From: Giardia intestinalis | Taxonomy: Eukaryota | Length of the DNA: 64,000 nt | Assembly: GCA_000002435.2 (NCBI GenBank) | Contig: CM018791.1 | Strand: one strand, 5' to 3' | Part shown: piece by piece, positions 50,701-57,090 of the stretch | Numbering within the stretch: the first letter of the stretch is position 1 | Layout: every line of letters starts with the position of its first letter | Position numbers and translations under genes: made by a program | The notes under the pieces: model-generated | Told to the model about the DNA's origin: nothing | The model's database searches: none | The model's input: the letters and a program-made list of their open reading frames with translations, nothing else

Positions 50701-52980
50701 GTCAATACAGGGTGTAAAACCCAGCTCACGGACCAGCAGCTTGAGCTTATACTTCAAATTACCGCTTTAGAGAAGCAGCAGAAGATGCGCGTGCCAGTCC
50801 TCGTTATGGAGTTCTCTAAAGATGACACTGCAGTGATATGCAATATCCGAAAGAAGGCAGCAAAACTCCAAGCAACAGTTTCCATTAAAAGCCTTCTTTT
50901 GAAGTATGGACATACTATCGCATGTAAGCTTGTGCTTCATGGAGTACGGCTATCCATTAAGAACTTCTCATACTCTGTCACCAATGTTTCTACCTCGGAT
51001 TCTGACAATTCTAAAGATCAGGACGTGCATTCCGCGATTACAGTCCCCAATATGCATTCAGAGGTTAATGACCATTCCTCTTCTGTTCTTCCAGTGCTGC
51101 TGTCTAATGAGCAGGTAATGGTAGCCATAGACGCCGCGCTGCATCTTGACCAGCTCATTGTTCATGTCTTTGAGGAGGTGGAACTAGCATATATGAATAC
51201 CTCTGGATGCTTTGTCAATCTTTCAGCCTGTCACATGATCTCAGAGAAGATATTAAGGAACCAATCACAGTATAAGAAGAACAAAACTTCGATTGGATTG
51301 GGAGTTAAAAGTGTTAATGCTTACATAGGGATGCAGGTAGCCACGGCAATCTATGGATCACTGCAAAGGGTGCTTTCAGATACCACTAAGTTGTGGAAGG
51401 AAGGAAAGGTCATTGTGCAAAACCATCATACCGCTTTATCGGTAGACAACATCTTACTGAAACTGAAGCGCTACATCTCTAAGGGCGAGAGGGATAAAGA
51501 GAGGATACGGAGACAGAAGAAATTAGCGAAAAGTGACGAATTATATTTTCAAGCAGTTCTATCAACCAACCCAACTCACTCTATGTCCACATCATACACC
51601 CTTGATGCAAAGTACTTGAAGTACTTCTCCAAGACGGCAAGGGTAAAGCTCTCTCTACAGATTGATACTATTTCACTACGGTTGTTCCAGGGCACTTTGT
51701 TGGACAATTACCATTGTGCAATCGTTGTCTCCAAGCTTGACTTAGTTCTCTCCTTATTGTATAACCCTGTGGATCACTCTACAAAAACAATCCCACTAAA
51801 GCTGCAGATCACGAAGAAGGCACTGCTAGAGAAGCTAGGCCACGAGCTGGTCACAAAGGATAAGCAGAAAACCCAGGCAGAGGCAACGGATACGTCTTCT
51901 ACAGGGAGCAACTACCCACCGCCCACTGCTCATCCAAGGGAAAGCGGTCGTAGAAGCCGCACTCACATAAACAATGCATGGATGATGGCATTTTCTCTTG
52001 ATGACTTGCAGCTTACTGACACACTTCCAGTTGTCCCAACTACATCTATAGCTCTATCCATAGCCTTTTTTACTCTGAGCTACGGGGAACGGCTGGGCCA
52101 AGGTGCAAGCAAAATTGCCATCAACCCTATCATGTTTGACGAGTCTGTTAACGCCGAAAAGGTAAAGCAGGGACTGGGATACATCCACAAGGGCCAGTAC
52201 CATGATTACATCCATGTTCTTGTCGCACGAAACGAGCTTCTAACAATCATGTCTTGTACAGAGGTCCTAAAGCTTGGCAGATCCTCATGGGATATCAATT
52301 ATAGCACGGTTTGCTCAGTGCTCAAACTCCCCGAGAGCTCTGGCCCCCTTTACATGCTTCAAATGCTATCGGGATTGGCGAAGCCTAACTTAAGTAATTT
52401 GACGGCGGGATCGCAATTTATTGCTGCGGTGGGAACCATCAATTCAATCCTGTCGGATATTCTAGCATTTAAGCGATCTGTCTCAAAGGCCCCCCTCCTC
52501 GATGTTAACAGGGGCGACGCCAGGGACATAGGTGCTATGGGGAGCTCCATTTCTGCTTCCAAAGAGGCGTTCCTCCACAGTAGCGTGGAATTCTCACCGG
52601 ACACTCTGTCGAGGCTACCGGCCGAGCAGTCAGTAGAGTCTAAGGAGGCAACGAAGACTATGGCGGCCAACATGATGCGCATCTACGAAAGTGAAAAGCT
52701 CTGGCTGCTAAGCCAAATGAACGTTGAAAGTGCAGACGCTCTGGTGCCGAACCTGGGATTGCTGGGGAAGGGGGGAAGTGATCTGTTGGGGTCAATAATA
52801 GGGAGTACATTGAAGAGCAATCGGTATCTCAATAAAGTCTTTACGGGAGTTACCGCGGGTCTTTACCACACAGGTGAGGAAGTTACAAATCTACTGATAT
52901 CACAGGCCAAGCAGGTGTTCTACACTCGTGCTCAAAATCTTCAAAAAATAATAATTAAAGACCAAACTCAAAAAGAATAA
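35788..52980 (+). CDS. giant 5,730-aa protein; candidate BLTP1/Csf1/Tweek-like bridge lipid-transfer protein (gene itself is certain, family assignment is tentative)
   Basis: Single uninterrupted 17.2-kb ORF. N-terminal TM helix (VIFISLSAVLLFGATIYALYFIIPILLAKLI) followed by YRKARVHVSYFRLGLFMRRIHLQSVYF, which resembles the Csf1/BLTP1 chorein-N start (RAKIKINV..LRVSLLGGRIHFKNLSV). Remainder is S/T-rich and beta-strand-like, with no P-loop, kinase or motor motifs. Confidence 0.45.
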   Translation: MVVFAGPLSDLTVIFISLSAVLLFGATIYALYFIIPILLAKLIQAIANVYFRLYTKGYRKARVHVSYFRLGLFMRRIHLQSVYFSTAEYTIFVGDVHLHFSLLRRSGFLSKVLQEHIIKSQTKDAHSLTFPLFPAMVHVTGIDIHLYSRKPLPYTPTEEGLRRYMEEYQSKLANAAAQRKLPFFFRVFGPVNLDIRGIRLVLSNPYLRCGVRATIGSANGVLGVHQEAELFTFYTSYLDLKLHSFNVNFIENEFYNPIFDHKRQNFFEKKSCLPLYSGKNSLSVSILSSPVSRLTVTTTSDLSKVSFRPGLHSSQDRSEIYDKSFPEGIVSIRLIDPKITYSPWLERERRRVFLSFFPETFLPRQVWPLPSNEELFFRPTLNYKISVIFDTPGTIQYWYRNTDQPYDPVKHDIILAWKRAQMESARVSQQLHEFKANSTISCDNNTYTAQSIVGDSVINQGTVPTGGATSMDDGDCTECSTAYSMCPITTSPINSPVEEAHALLSGNYSASVAQLQPAHSRKGSNLSSHVRMTSSTTSKVVLDSIAGLSKRLRTNIQGSPLIGSAVDDFEALAHRNNQFQSVANLQTAVFNDDLFAQFNVDSSTLQMDNFEEPTCNPQSSKDEDQAPEAQTLRRPRTLWSNVFGNTIPFVNRFIRSSTSKGEQEFNIFDSSAGDKDATSAAPPPTVGAYTSPHEGISFTCSTGTVILLKMPVFSYFPTRTKKISAFIPHVSAKTTVIGQEFFVAENISFVWDELTTGTEYSAPTKWNVGFFAENLRAELTGAIISQITHLLGDLTEDDKDLLSYYRKSLIPLIDNNTVILAHEFPIRDRAYNVYCNAPPNRLQTMREVQYSKTKRFIPVEMDFTIRVVNYEIGVATAVDNVCSSLHHLSAVQPVQDFLVHKYSVAYHRLYCQHKMLAEHDFKELRLVSAHHYVYHNNPFLNMFWRLPLVIGASNRSIYCLLDLTIDVINNDYEQVANMLHKGDPISKDVRPNLVWLNTPYNVAASSTTRKRRCTCLRSRKKGLRTLPPVSGITQETDNLLPLKEGYTHSRYQSTHGYEILESNTKSGKKGSKSYDELSLVPASVHSGTKLSSLHVLQLPHTASWDTLGTSSTSLQQTPYPCTVDEFLKAFLYESPDAIDHCDHRIELLRIANGKKHANSNPLTYEEYLSLLTYSPPTHSRLLFAGVDLSCGIAVPRLHNLNACIDGGTDAKAQLYTVLDVKLILKMASIYVACTSTSRQSAFLKRLYSAKKTTNKSLTSPFASGPLPRTELRIGMTRDLVLDAHLDTRVTSFLKESVQTPPSQIIDSSVSPSLSYPQDNNLSLQINVARPELLVSGSVIAIFMHFLENLFLAQRFPISDADYIIMPFNLHFKNQLARAYESYYLYHRLKASYANDLWLDSIKRAVKDSPEVDPVERLTDRDILIRLSHEFVLSDQMTYSDVIYPVSKAATLYQRFSHYITSMRLFLTIYADRPIVSVTVHEFAELPRRFSFAYNDLNTDYNRLFTTSLSDPRGLITFHTQKLTFAIVSSRSVTTLSVSTTPLRGGYLSHAHSTITTGGFDMHVTMPKTQDSIYPLPTRTAYSMTLSALKLSAYPEFVGVLTMLIRNFCVTFLAPSFNHLPASFVDHSAVGSDHESAADVDHGKVYDRIRQMIAERMQKDLELLTNKSNFLLLCNYLEDLNDSDHTAVLHRLYTRGPSATQARLDQDSFLLDTRTDSSGNPTQNNKTTNRPDLTCSAISSSSLPLDSVMYARCPDRLRYLLFYNGSNWCLTATQVVSFDISIGQFDCSLIHTFSSNSACSTPTSLVASVISKRGVACYINNHALKDNTRLLLRCTVPDIILRLRDPFSQSTSVALKTAVNIVVHQTGDNAVGKAVQLLYYEHHKHLLSTLLSGPRAQTSVTSIPTIVVSHDNELTCASRPKPISGSQEGVLPVFKSTTNYCHHAPACTATEFTRPSSLKASPAEQYPLPAELEDLLRKEKGDNALNDTVLRRAMYLQFVAPGTTHSQKRFSRQRTSVKTASASSITLYSTETDTYNEGGPDLAQGSTRLSRTMIATNVTDDFSLYSTETTVPSVQGKADSTDQASYDETSDSILLPDESPSRAFVNKTKESLWQRQAQKTDNTEPSCPPPVSVDKLAGIEEEPFPFLIPAHLFHSILDHRMVAVYTSAFSSFSQDSHAPSGLTLRPKSGPYMSVDRGPHQSKPVYNPTNLPVDMHIPTSGPAAVSVSITVEGLRTYIKPEGIYGALLLVSQILSPDFTVVANAYTFLTAESNKCMLDVKNIYLCETMLRTCYYAHLKQFIAEQKPSRFQYISNLMYSQGQLDLSQTGKKDGQEMKSNLTPPEHKQDRKDKEDNLDRICAFITLIASQSQLLSSLSMSHFGRATHHQLETTLMQMDGTATHWYLLFAPQVEQYKLTSKEMITLEVFLKDAEVVALADGLRTSVTLRMSQLSSAFALSNKIYSFNNRAYKMFCRLSDRFCPQTNMNKFRIQTGALLSLKANNLTLETIRGALCTIQGVSLKLNCGIFFSQGNRAASTGSRSSSLYLNTKKNPMKIDVATMRTDRSAKIDTDSVQTAHRLYSHTSTEATETTDKSATSQKGMDAFLKMLLNTLCVEANTVTLNIPIMLLQPLVILLAHYVGSFQRGMEAIVLSTVIAQLSKYILLRTFVPQRHLVWHALKPTSDMTESKSNLASNLYPEQSNAHLNSLLVILSQRDTNASFEAISKSIFSSFCKDLSKDPLVSLGSRVIRWMKRADCRHRDAEGGSQSLGSKLEFSIQSICQSQKSSLPVYKIKIDAGLKLSPLRSDAILFLALSLKEYSDTLSFSKDSVPKQMIFWQSPHFEAFRVPKEPVILYLNYITRHLLFNFWGAKAQAALANLQQGAGEPVTVKHMVQLSLSLHDEFAIQATSSTHLPFLTASASSPPCFKASVLKPKLQLSINERLSVTLAYKSLNASFSLPLFLLANVCRLNSAFYAYNTDRVMDTHREYTYQQPPSLLISNIAVNLFSINGIYRILSNKDARQTLSVPTTTPSVKSAPVPAHPVLSHPYLAELRAFQEYEHTKVVSQDTDSPATLSAYDELSITATEASTHSSGGTLVSIEPSADNEVPKDDVCADQLRDQATLALNKDYPSFDNQFFAKSFTSIQPGEIDANEFDTLSDTLLLTREPKLFLAPLFGTDALHAIHYAKQNTNSIYSNVEIAANLIQSRPVSLDEVNSLRSKCNMKGQISIRKWLLHIAKFSHISAELVFPDTTINYAHAATGVPIVVASFPSTRLTMDAIPPLLDVFAHPFSHITFLTETVSLELYSKAHSVQAQNPLSFNMDDAKREYLIATKSFDVNYTQSVVRFVSTPGPNKADSPIHMLLAHSVEIVARSLEMQLFNAHNRLFSLLRDVLIEARLYTGFAETYSLVLSAWTDHAFYLFHEYTPQSFWDCFCCELHFLRDQKAAASAATVVVDAEIPFVSNSRSAELQIIQRRQPKRARPSPFSAGRSLKRQNSYRQNQDRAASSSNSHETPKDGTSRQKDPLLNTLSNLSGNHVVFFLAEIDEFMLGIDSPRLVQCSAKLSKLTVSLSLPGHQTEPLHKLRTMTNKEVFSKIYCKTPNSSKIQVDSLPLLTITPNSANLGRIKHSLYEDDDNSMVANGSSGAQKKEEDDLQLISSIASLLLTNRKDLALALTSTSLHIILHSSYVNQDTIHAINLPTISSTLLFKDLSVLTVQLSVSSSQNSFSGELFILLISLLRKLISDFEQVLSTTRSLADTEMCQLLRTSGAGDKLSPSLLSTFDGSLTNVSGFEDRSLQAPHKAPLVRHCLIEIIVSLTTLSITSTSHVSVFLLKEITFKMNYESQHGKKPVLFDKFDKRGSAFGEFELTFDDITLYTHVSKSPDDLYLEYHPEYLIFKTKDVEGLTKVLNSSSQASTYVIQNISSHISMSFQFTGQISSKTASRLTLTVQTLGLLIHPLLYSHIVSLINDVQVWRESYALIQSDYIPKMSKNSSLSSATFVDRLPSTTIEGCPSSLQQGSAVREPSKYIQFTIEFKDIDISIYSDCGLEFVLADSKVTLEGTCVRETLEMIVVELAIDELIGNIQLFIVPPYVASPPCDKNRDTEGDPWSLDAVLGFLTSITAIPTGNVFDFCLSLKLIFQTGIPEASIMKKFQCNYPKLPLESATSQPAFNSNELCNTIQLDLVVERFVLALNETAVPLLADFFFTSIRYISGTYSSTADQSSTDAIKVTAILLDETIQALLERVEVMRQKTLYMNIKLSVLRLGLEVYEFSDLKETIRQTCEGYTSIQPSASTSGTRVGATFKADGSSVEVGAALMIDAPSISFQTQVAKRTVGNPFTYSSSQYGQYGSATGGSIANLHGKSITSKEIFPPVLSIILPQLNFDFEAFRVPKNDLSLYKNFDVLRPFITSDLLKMNENTKLYIKPATISFMAINATLYRRTLFFPPEVFRVLANFISKWLQVIEKYSLKTPSDHQTKKSSYSLSSDGDGEIGIGTGTGPVSKADQSVSMSQTQVPQASCPRDQQKTSRADKSKHRSITSHTPKQSQGSLVSDLAGLYEILQAGASRSSTSKLNFLTNIVPDTFHAVVALEIEQQTFILDSVARPIIENMASSILGDTYNATTPRAVRHSRESSKLDYAAVSPSNTNTPDNRYTKSTVFSSMAQEDLQPGYDVLSFVSVTILPIKLELLGENEVGTRTIEASLTFSGLNARVIPYAIQFIAALYKASTAGTVDHAHPVVFSIKNVLMNITSTVSMGENQVSYNNVQNVKINMESISLELALHSFEHMSAVSAIWIHNTEKLRGMVAFRDIMHATSKKWSQDDATKVDGPAEKSILGKYLLDLSITCQNLHLTVNDLSYYKLNPISSVFLAQNRAIRNRQMTEKDALLTHEDIVGMILGHSDTAEPGADRDIDRTGHRRGRSILSSENSAEACTGLRNESTDTGIAGAVGNKLSSGQESYEEHPLHHVTQMNLEFGEVNTGCKTQLTDQQLELILQITALEKQQKMRVPVLVMEFSKDDTAVICNIRKKAAKLQATVSIKSLLLKYGHTIACKLVLHGVRLSIKNFSYSVTNVSTSDSDNSKDQDVHSAITVPNMHSEVNDHSSSVLPVLLSNEQVMVAIDAALHLDQLIVHVFEEVELAYMNTSGCFVNLSACHMISEKILRNQSQYKKNKTSIGLGVKSVNAYIGMQVATAIYGSLQRVLSDTTKLWKEGKVIVQNHHTALSVDNILLKLKRYISKGERDKERIRRQKKLAKSDELYFQAVLSTNPTHSMSTSYTLDAKYLKYFSKTARVKLSLQIDTISLRLFQGTLLDNYHCAIVVSKLDLVLSLLYNPVDHSTKTIPLKLQITKKALLEKLGHELVTKDKQKTQAEATDTSSTGSNYPPPTAHPRESGRRSRTHINNAWMMAFSLDDLQLTDTLPVVPTTSIALSIAFFTLSYGERLGQGASKIAINPIMFDESVNAEKVKQGLGYIHKGQYHDYIHVLVARNELLTIMSCTEVLKLGRSSWDINYSTVCSVLKLPESSGPLYMLQMLSGLAKPNLSNLTAGSQFIAAVGTINSILSDILAFKRSVSKAPLLDVNRGDARDIGAMGSSISASKEAFLHSSVEFSPDTLSRLPAEQSVESKEATKTMAANMMRIYESEKLWLLSQMNVESADALVPNLGLLGKGGSDLLGSIIGSTLKSNRYLNKVFTGVTAGLYHTGEEVTNLLISQAKQVFYTRAQNLQKIIIKDQTQKE

Positions 52981-53012
52981 ACCGGAAATTTATAGACCCT
53001 TTTCCAGGTTGA

Positions 53013-55034
53013 ATGGGTGGCTTTTGGCAAGGCGTCTGGAGGCGCCATTTTTATCCCCATATTGTTGATATGGATAGCGGGGTTAGCCGCATGTCGTCCT
53101 TAGATTTTCTCAGGGGGGTAGGGATTCTCGGTATGACGTTGGTCCACAGTCTTTTTAATGCAGTGCAGTTAGACTACTTGTTAACCTTTGACCGCTGGTA
53201 CAAATATGTACTCGCCATCTTTGTGGGTCCGATCTTGATCTTTGCACCCTTCCGCGGAGTCTTTGCCATTATCTCTGGAACCGCCTACGCTTTCCTGACT
53301 GGTCAGACAATGGTTTCTCTTCGCGAATCCAAGAAGTCATTCGTCTCGTGGTATTTCATAGGAATTCTAAAAAGCGTCCTTTCCTTCTTCATTCTTTGGC
53401 TTCTGGCCATTATTTATCTCTATTCTATAGAACTATGGCAAATTCGTATACCCAATAAACAACCGGTAATCTATGAACCAATCTGGAGGGTCGCCACTGT
53501 TTATGCTTCTCCTTTATCATACTTTAGTATTAGTTCCATTATAGATTCTATTATTTTTCCTCCCATATTCCTCTTGTTTCTTGTAATATTTTCTAGACGC
53601 TTTCCCTCAACGACTTACAGTCCAATCTTCAAGGCACCCAGTGTTGATGACCTACATCCTAACACTTCTGCTCCTCCCTCAGCTTCACTAAAGCAAAAAG
53701 CAACGACCATGTCTCTTACAAGATTTCAACCTTCTGCTTTTACCATGGAAAAGCTCGACGCGACAGTCCCAGAGCAAACAGACATCAGTGTTAATGATTC
53801 GGAGAGTCGATCCACCGTCCCCGCCACAGCTACTCTGGATGCAGAGGCTTCCCCAGGCGAGCAGACTGCCCGCAACAGCATCGACATACCCACAGCCATC
53901 GCTCTACCCACACCTGCACCGATTTCAGCTTATTCGGCCACAGGTTACATTGCGACCTCCTTGACGACTGCTGGGGTTATTTTCCTTCTGTCTTACTGTA
54001 TTATGATACCAACGCCTTATATCGTTAGCGCTCTGAGCCGCCCCCTCAATCTTGACCCCAAGCAGTTCTGCTTCCTACCTGACGGTTTTAGGGTTGACAC
54101 ATTGAAATCTCAGTCAGAATACATTAAGATATACTTCTTAGTCTCCTTGGGAGCTAACTACTACCCAGTTTTCCCATATTATTGTGCAACAATGATGGGT
54201 TTTGTCCTCGGCCTCTGCCTCTTGTCCGCATACTATAGCAAAAAGGAGTACAATCAATATCAGATCAATTCATTTAATAAAGAGCGGCAGAATGTTGCCC
54301 TCCTGCGGCCAGATGCCGCTACGATGCCTGCACAAGGCGATGAGCACACTCTCCACAGATCCAAGCGGTATAGCGACTTCCCTACCGCAGATCCTAAGTT
54401 TGCACGCATAATATATGGCGTCATGTGCGGCTTTGCAAGCGTCATGATCTGTTCTGGCTTTATCGGAATCGGGGTCAAGGGGACCTTCTTCGCCGGAATC
54501 AACGGAGGCCTAGACCTCTCTGGTTACTGTATGCCTCGCGAGGAAGGGATGGCTGTTTTTGGAATAGGAATGCTGCTGATAATTGCATTTGTAGCGCTCT
54601 TCGAAGGGAGCACCGTGAGAAACTGTTGCAAACACCTCCAACGAGCTTCATATATCCTTCGCTTTAGTACTGTCTCTCTGACAATATTTACCTGTCAAAT
54701 ATGGATTGACTTAATGGGAAAGTTCATTCTTTCGCGATACTTCCCTAAGATACTCAATAAGAGCGAGGAGAACGTGTTTGTGATCATCCTGATTATACCA
54801 GTGACAATCTTGACGTACTGGGTATTTACAACGATATCCGACTCCATTGACAATATGTGGACGCTTGACTGGATGATATCGCGCATAGGAGGGCTTGTAA
54901 CTGGCCGGTACGGAAAGCAGAAGCCCCTGGTTGAATACCACAGACGCGTCCGCCCCATGTGTCTCCTTGCACGGGCTCCTCGCAAGGAAGCAGATTTTGA
55001 TCTTGTTCCCGTTTACAAGGTAGCAAACTTTTGA
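53013..55034 (+). CDS. multi-pass membrane protein, DUF1624/HGSNAT-like acyltransferase candidate
   Basis: N-terminal RMSSLDFLRGVGILGMTLVHS motif, then FAPFRGVFAIISG in the next TM (compare DLVFPFFLFIVGVS in HGSNAT); about 10 predicted TM helices; S/T/P-rich insert between TM blocks. Confidence 0.4.
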   Translation: MGGFWQGVWRRHFYPHIVDMDSGVSRMSSLDFLRGVGILGMTLVHSLFNAVQLDYLLTFDRWYKYVLAIFVGPILIFAPFRGVFAIISGTAYAFLTGQTMVSLRESKKSFVSWYFIGILKSVLSFFILWLLAIIYLYSIELWQIRIPNKQPVIYEPIWRVATVYASPLSYFSISSIIDSIIFPPIFLLFLVIFSRRFPSTTYSPIFKAPSVDDLHPNTSAPPSASLKQKATTMSLTRFQPSAFTMEKLDATVPEQTDISVNDSESRSTVPATATLDAEASPGEQTARNSIDIPTAIALPTPAPISAYSATGYIATSLTTAGVIFLLSYCIMIPTPYIVSALSRPLNLDPKQFCFLPDGFRVDTLKSQSEYIKIYFLVSLGANYYPVFPYYCATMMGFVLGLCLLSAYYSKKEYNQYQINSFNKERQNVALLRPDAATMPAQGDEHTLHRSKRYSDFPTADPKFARIIYGVMCGFASVMICSGFIGIGVKGTFFAGINGGLDLSGYCMPREEGMAVFGIGMLLIIAFVALFEGSTVRNCCKHLQRASYILRFSTVSLTIFTCQIWIDLMGKFILSRYFPKILNKSEENVFVIILIIPVTILTYWVFTTISDSIDNMWTLDWMISRIGGLVTGRYGKQKPLVEYHRRVRPMCLLARAPRKEADFDLVPVYKVANF

Positions 55035-55055
55035 GATTATGCGACCTCCACTTTG

Positions 55056-55062
55056 AGTAAAT
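55056..55062 (+). promoter_or_regulatory. putative polyadenylation signal AGTAAAT
   Basis: ~22 nt after TGA stop at 55032-55034. Confidence 0.35.
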
Positions 55063-55104
55063 GGTTGCTCTTTTGTGGCAAGGTGACTATTAAAAATTGA
55101 ATTC

Positions 55105-56646
55105 ATGGCTGATGAATTGAAGGCCCTGGCGAACGAGGCGTTCCGTGCAGGTCACTATCCGCGCGCAGTAGAGCTATATACGCAAGCTATTGAGCAACTG
55201 GACAGTCCTCGAGCAGAGTACTTCACAAACAGAGCCTCGGCTCACTTTCAAAACGGCGACTTTGTAGCTGCTAAGGCCGATGCGGAGGCCGCGATTGATA
55301 TTGACCCCAACTCTACAAAGGGCTACTGGAGGATTGCAGAGTGCGAACGGATCATGCATCAGCTAGATAAATCTATTGAGTACTATCGTCGTGCTCTGGA
55401 AACTAAGCCGAATAATCGTAAAATTGTACTTGCAATCCGAGACGTCCAACGCCTCATTGATATTGCAAAGCCTTCCCATGGTTTGACCGCCAATTCTCTT
55501 CTCCAGGCTCTACACTCTGTGCCTACCCCGACTCGATCTTCCAGCAGTGGTATTGGCATAGGTGGGTTCGGAGGATTCCCAGGTATGGGTGGCTTTGGAA
55601 GTAGCGGAGACGCTCCAGCTAAGGTGGACGAATCATCGCGCAAAGATACGCCTGAGCTTCCTACCGACCCTGGGCTGCTTTCTACCACAGAAGAAGCACA
55701 GAAGGTCTACACACGCGAATGGTATGACGCTTCCTTTGCTTACATGAAGTCTGATCTCTTCAAGAGTGATGTGATGCGTGAGCTTGTGCGCCGTGCAGGT
55801 GAGCTTATGAACAAGGAGAGCACCTGTCTCGCCCTCTCCATTGATCCTGACGAGCGTTTAGCTATAGTAGGAGACATCCACGGATCCCTGCCGGATCTTT
55901 GTGCCATCAACGAAAAACTTGTGCCTATGATGTTCTCTGAAAAGATGAAAGCAGTCTTCCTTGGTGATTATGTTGATCGTGGGCCTAAGGGGCACACAGT
56001 AGTCACGGCTTTGCTCTGCCTCAAGCTCTGCTTCCCTGATCGCGTCTTTCTACTACGTGGCAATCATGAAACGGTTTCGATGAATAGTTTCTTTGGATAT
56101 CGACCCCAAGTCGACGAAGGATACGGGACAGAATCGGGTATGTTTGACACCATGACGTCGCTCTTTGCCACAATGCCGCTTTGTTGCCTAATTAACAAGG
56201 AGATTTTCTGCACACACGGCGGAGCACCTCTCCGTGCCGACGTTTGTGGCGACGAAATTAATAAGCGTATCCCCGTACGCAGGGTCGAGATGGATGATCC
56301 CCTTGTCTCAGAATTGACGTGGTCTGATCCTTCTCAGACACCAATAGACAGCTCATCCGGAGATGGTCCCGCTCACACGCGTCCGTCACATCGGGGTGTC
56401 GGGCTAGTCTATGACTATCGCGCTTTTCAGACATGGGCTAAGAAGCACGGTATCAAGAAGCTTTTCCGTGCACACGAAGCTATACAACCGATTGGTGTCC
56501 GCTTTGACTTTGAGCACAACGCAAGTGCTGATCATGAGCATTACACCGTCTTCAGTTCTTCAAACTACGTTGGGATGCCTAACAAGGGGTCCTTTGTTCT
56601 TTTTGAACAGGGGCTAAGGTCTTTCGACACGATTATGCTTATGTAG
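55105..56646 (+). CDS. serine/threonine protein phosphatase 5-like (TPR + PPP catalytic domain) with Gly-rich linker insertion
   Basis: Three N-terminal TPR units (ALANEAF..., FTNRASAHFQNGDF..., GYWRIAECE...); PPP motifs GDIHGS, GDYVDRG, LRGNHE, HGG, SSNY; insert SGIGIGGFGGFPGMGGFGSSGD between the TPR and catalytic domains. Confidence 0.85.
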   Translation: MADELKALANEAFRAGHYPRAVELYTQAIEQLDSPRAEYFTNRASAHFQNGDFVAAKADAEAAIDIDPNSTKGYWRIAECERIMHQLDKSIEYYRRALETKPNNRKIVLAIRDVQRLIDIAKPSHGLTANSLLQALHSVPTPTRSSSSGIGIGGFGGFPGMGGFGSSGDAPAKVDESSRKDTPELPTDPGLLSTTEEAQKVYTREWYDASFAYMKSDLFKSDVMRELVRRAGELMNKESTCLALSIDPDERLAIVGDIHGSLPDLCAINEKLVPMMFSEKMKAVFLGDYVDRGPKGHTVVTALLCLKLCFPDRVFLLRGNHETVSMNSFFGYRPQVDEGYGTESGMFDTMTSLFATMPLCCLINKEIFCTHGGAPLRADVCGDEINKRIPVRRVEMDDPLVSELTWSDPSQTPIDSSSGDGPAHTRPSHRGVGLVYDYRAFQTWAKKHGIKKLFRAHEAIQPIGVRFDFEHNASADHEHYTVFSSSNYVGMPNKGSFVLFEQGLRSFDTIMLM

Positions 56647-56663
56647 GGTTAAAACTGCGCGTA

Positions 56664-56670
56664 AGTAAAC
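56664..56670 (+). promoter_or_regulatory. putative polyadenylation signal AGTAAAC
   Basis: 18 nt after TAG stop at 56644-56646. Confidence 0.4.
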
Positions 56671-57012
56671 TAGAATGGGCAGCCGAACTACGCGGGAAAG
56701 AACGATCAGATAGAAGTAGCGGAGTTTAGTTTACTGATTTTCAACGGGAGCGCTTTAGTCCTCAGGGTATGGACGGGCGTGTAGAGCAGGAATGGTGACG
56801 CACAGACAGGTAACGGCCATACTGATAAAAAAGCAGGAGACCACAACCTGTAGAAAGAGATCGATAAGAAGTTGTCGAAAAGCAGGACTCATTCCTTGTG
56901 GCCTAGGTATCCGGGTTTTTGACTGCAAAACTAGTGGTTCTGTCTCAGTAACAGCCAGCGTTTGAGCGGTAGGCACTGGACTAGATGCAGCATCAATGGA
57001 CATTAAAAAAAT

Positions 57013-57090
57013 GCCGGCAGGCCGGTGTCCGGCTCTGTGGCTGCAGCAGCTGCTGGACCCGCGAGTAGGCGGTAAAGGGACCTCATAGTG
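57013..57090. repeat. left arm of ~78-bp imperfect inverted repeat
   Basis: GCCGGCAGGCCGGTGTCCGGCTCTGTGGCTGCAGCAGCTGCTGGACCCGCGAGTAGG... matches the reverse complement of 58172..58249; about 49/54 identical over the first 54 nt by hand alignment, decaying thereafter. Confidence 0.7.

Noticed and set aside
35788-52980. Dynein heavy chain or other AAA+/motor giant protein for the 5,730-aa ORF
   Set aside because: No Walker A (GxxxxGKT/S) arrays, no coiled-coil stalk pattern; the S/T-rich beta-type composition and N-terminal TM anchor do not fit a motor.
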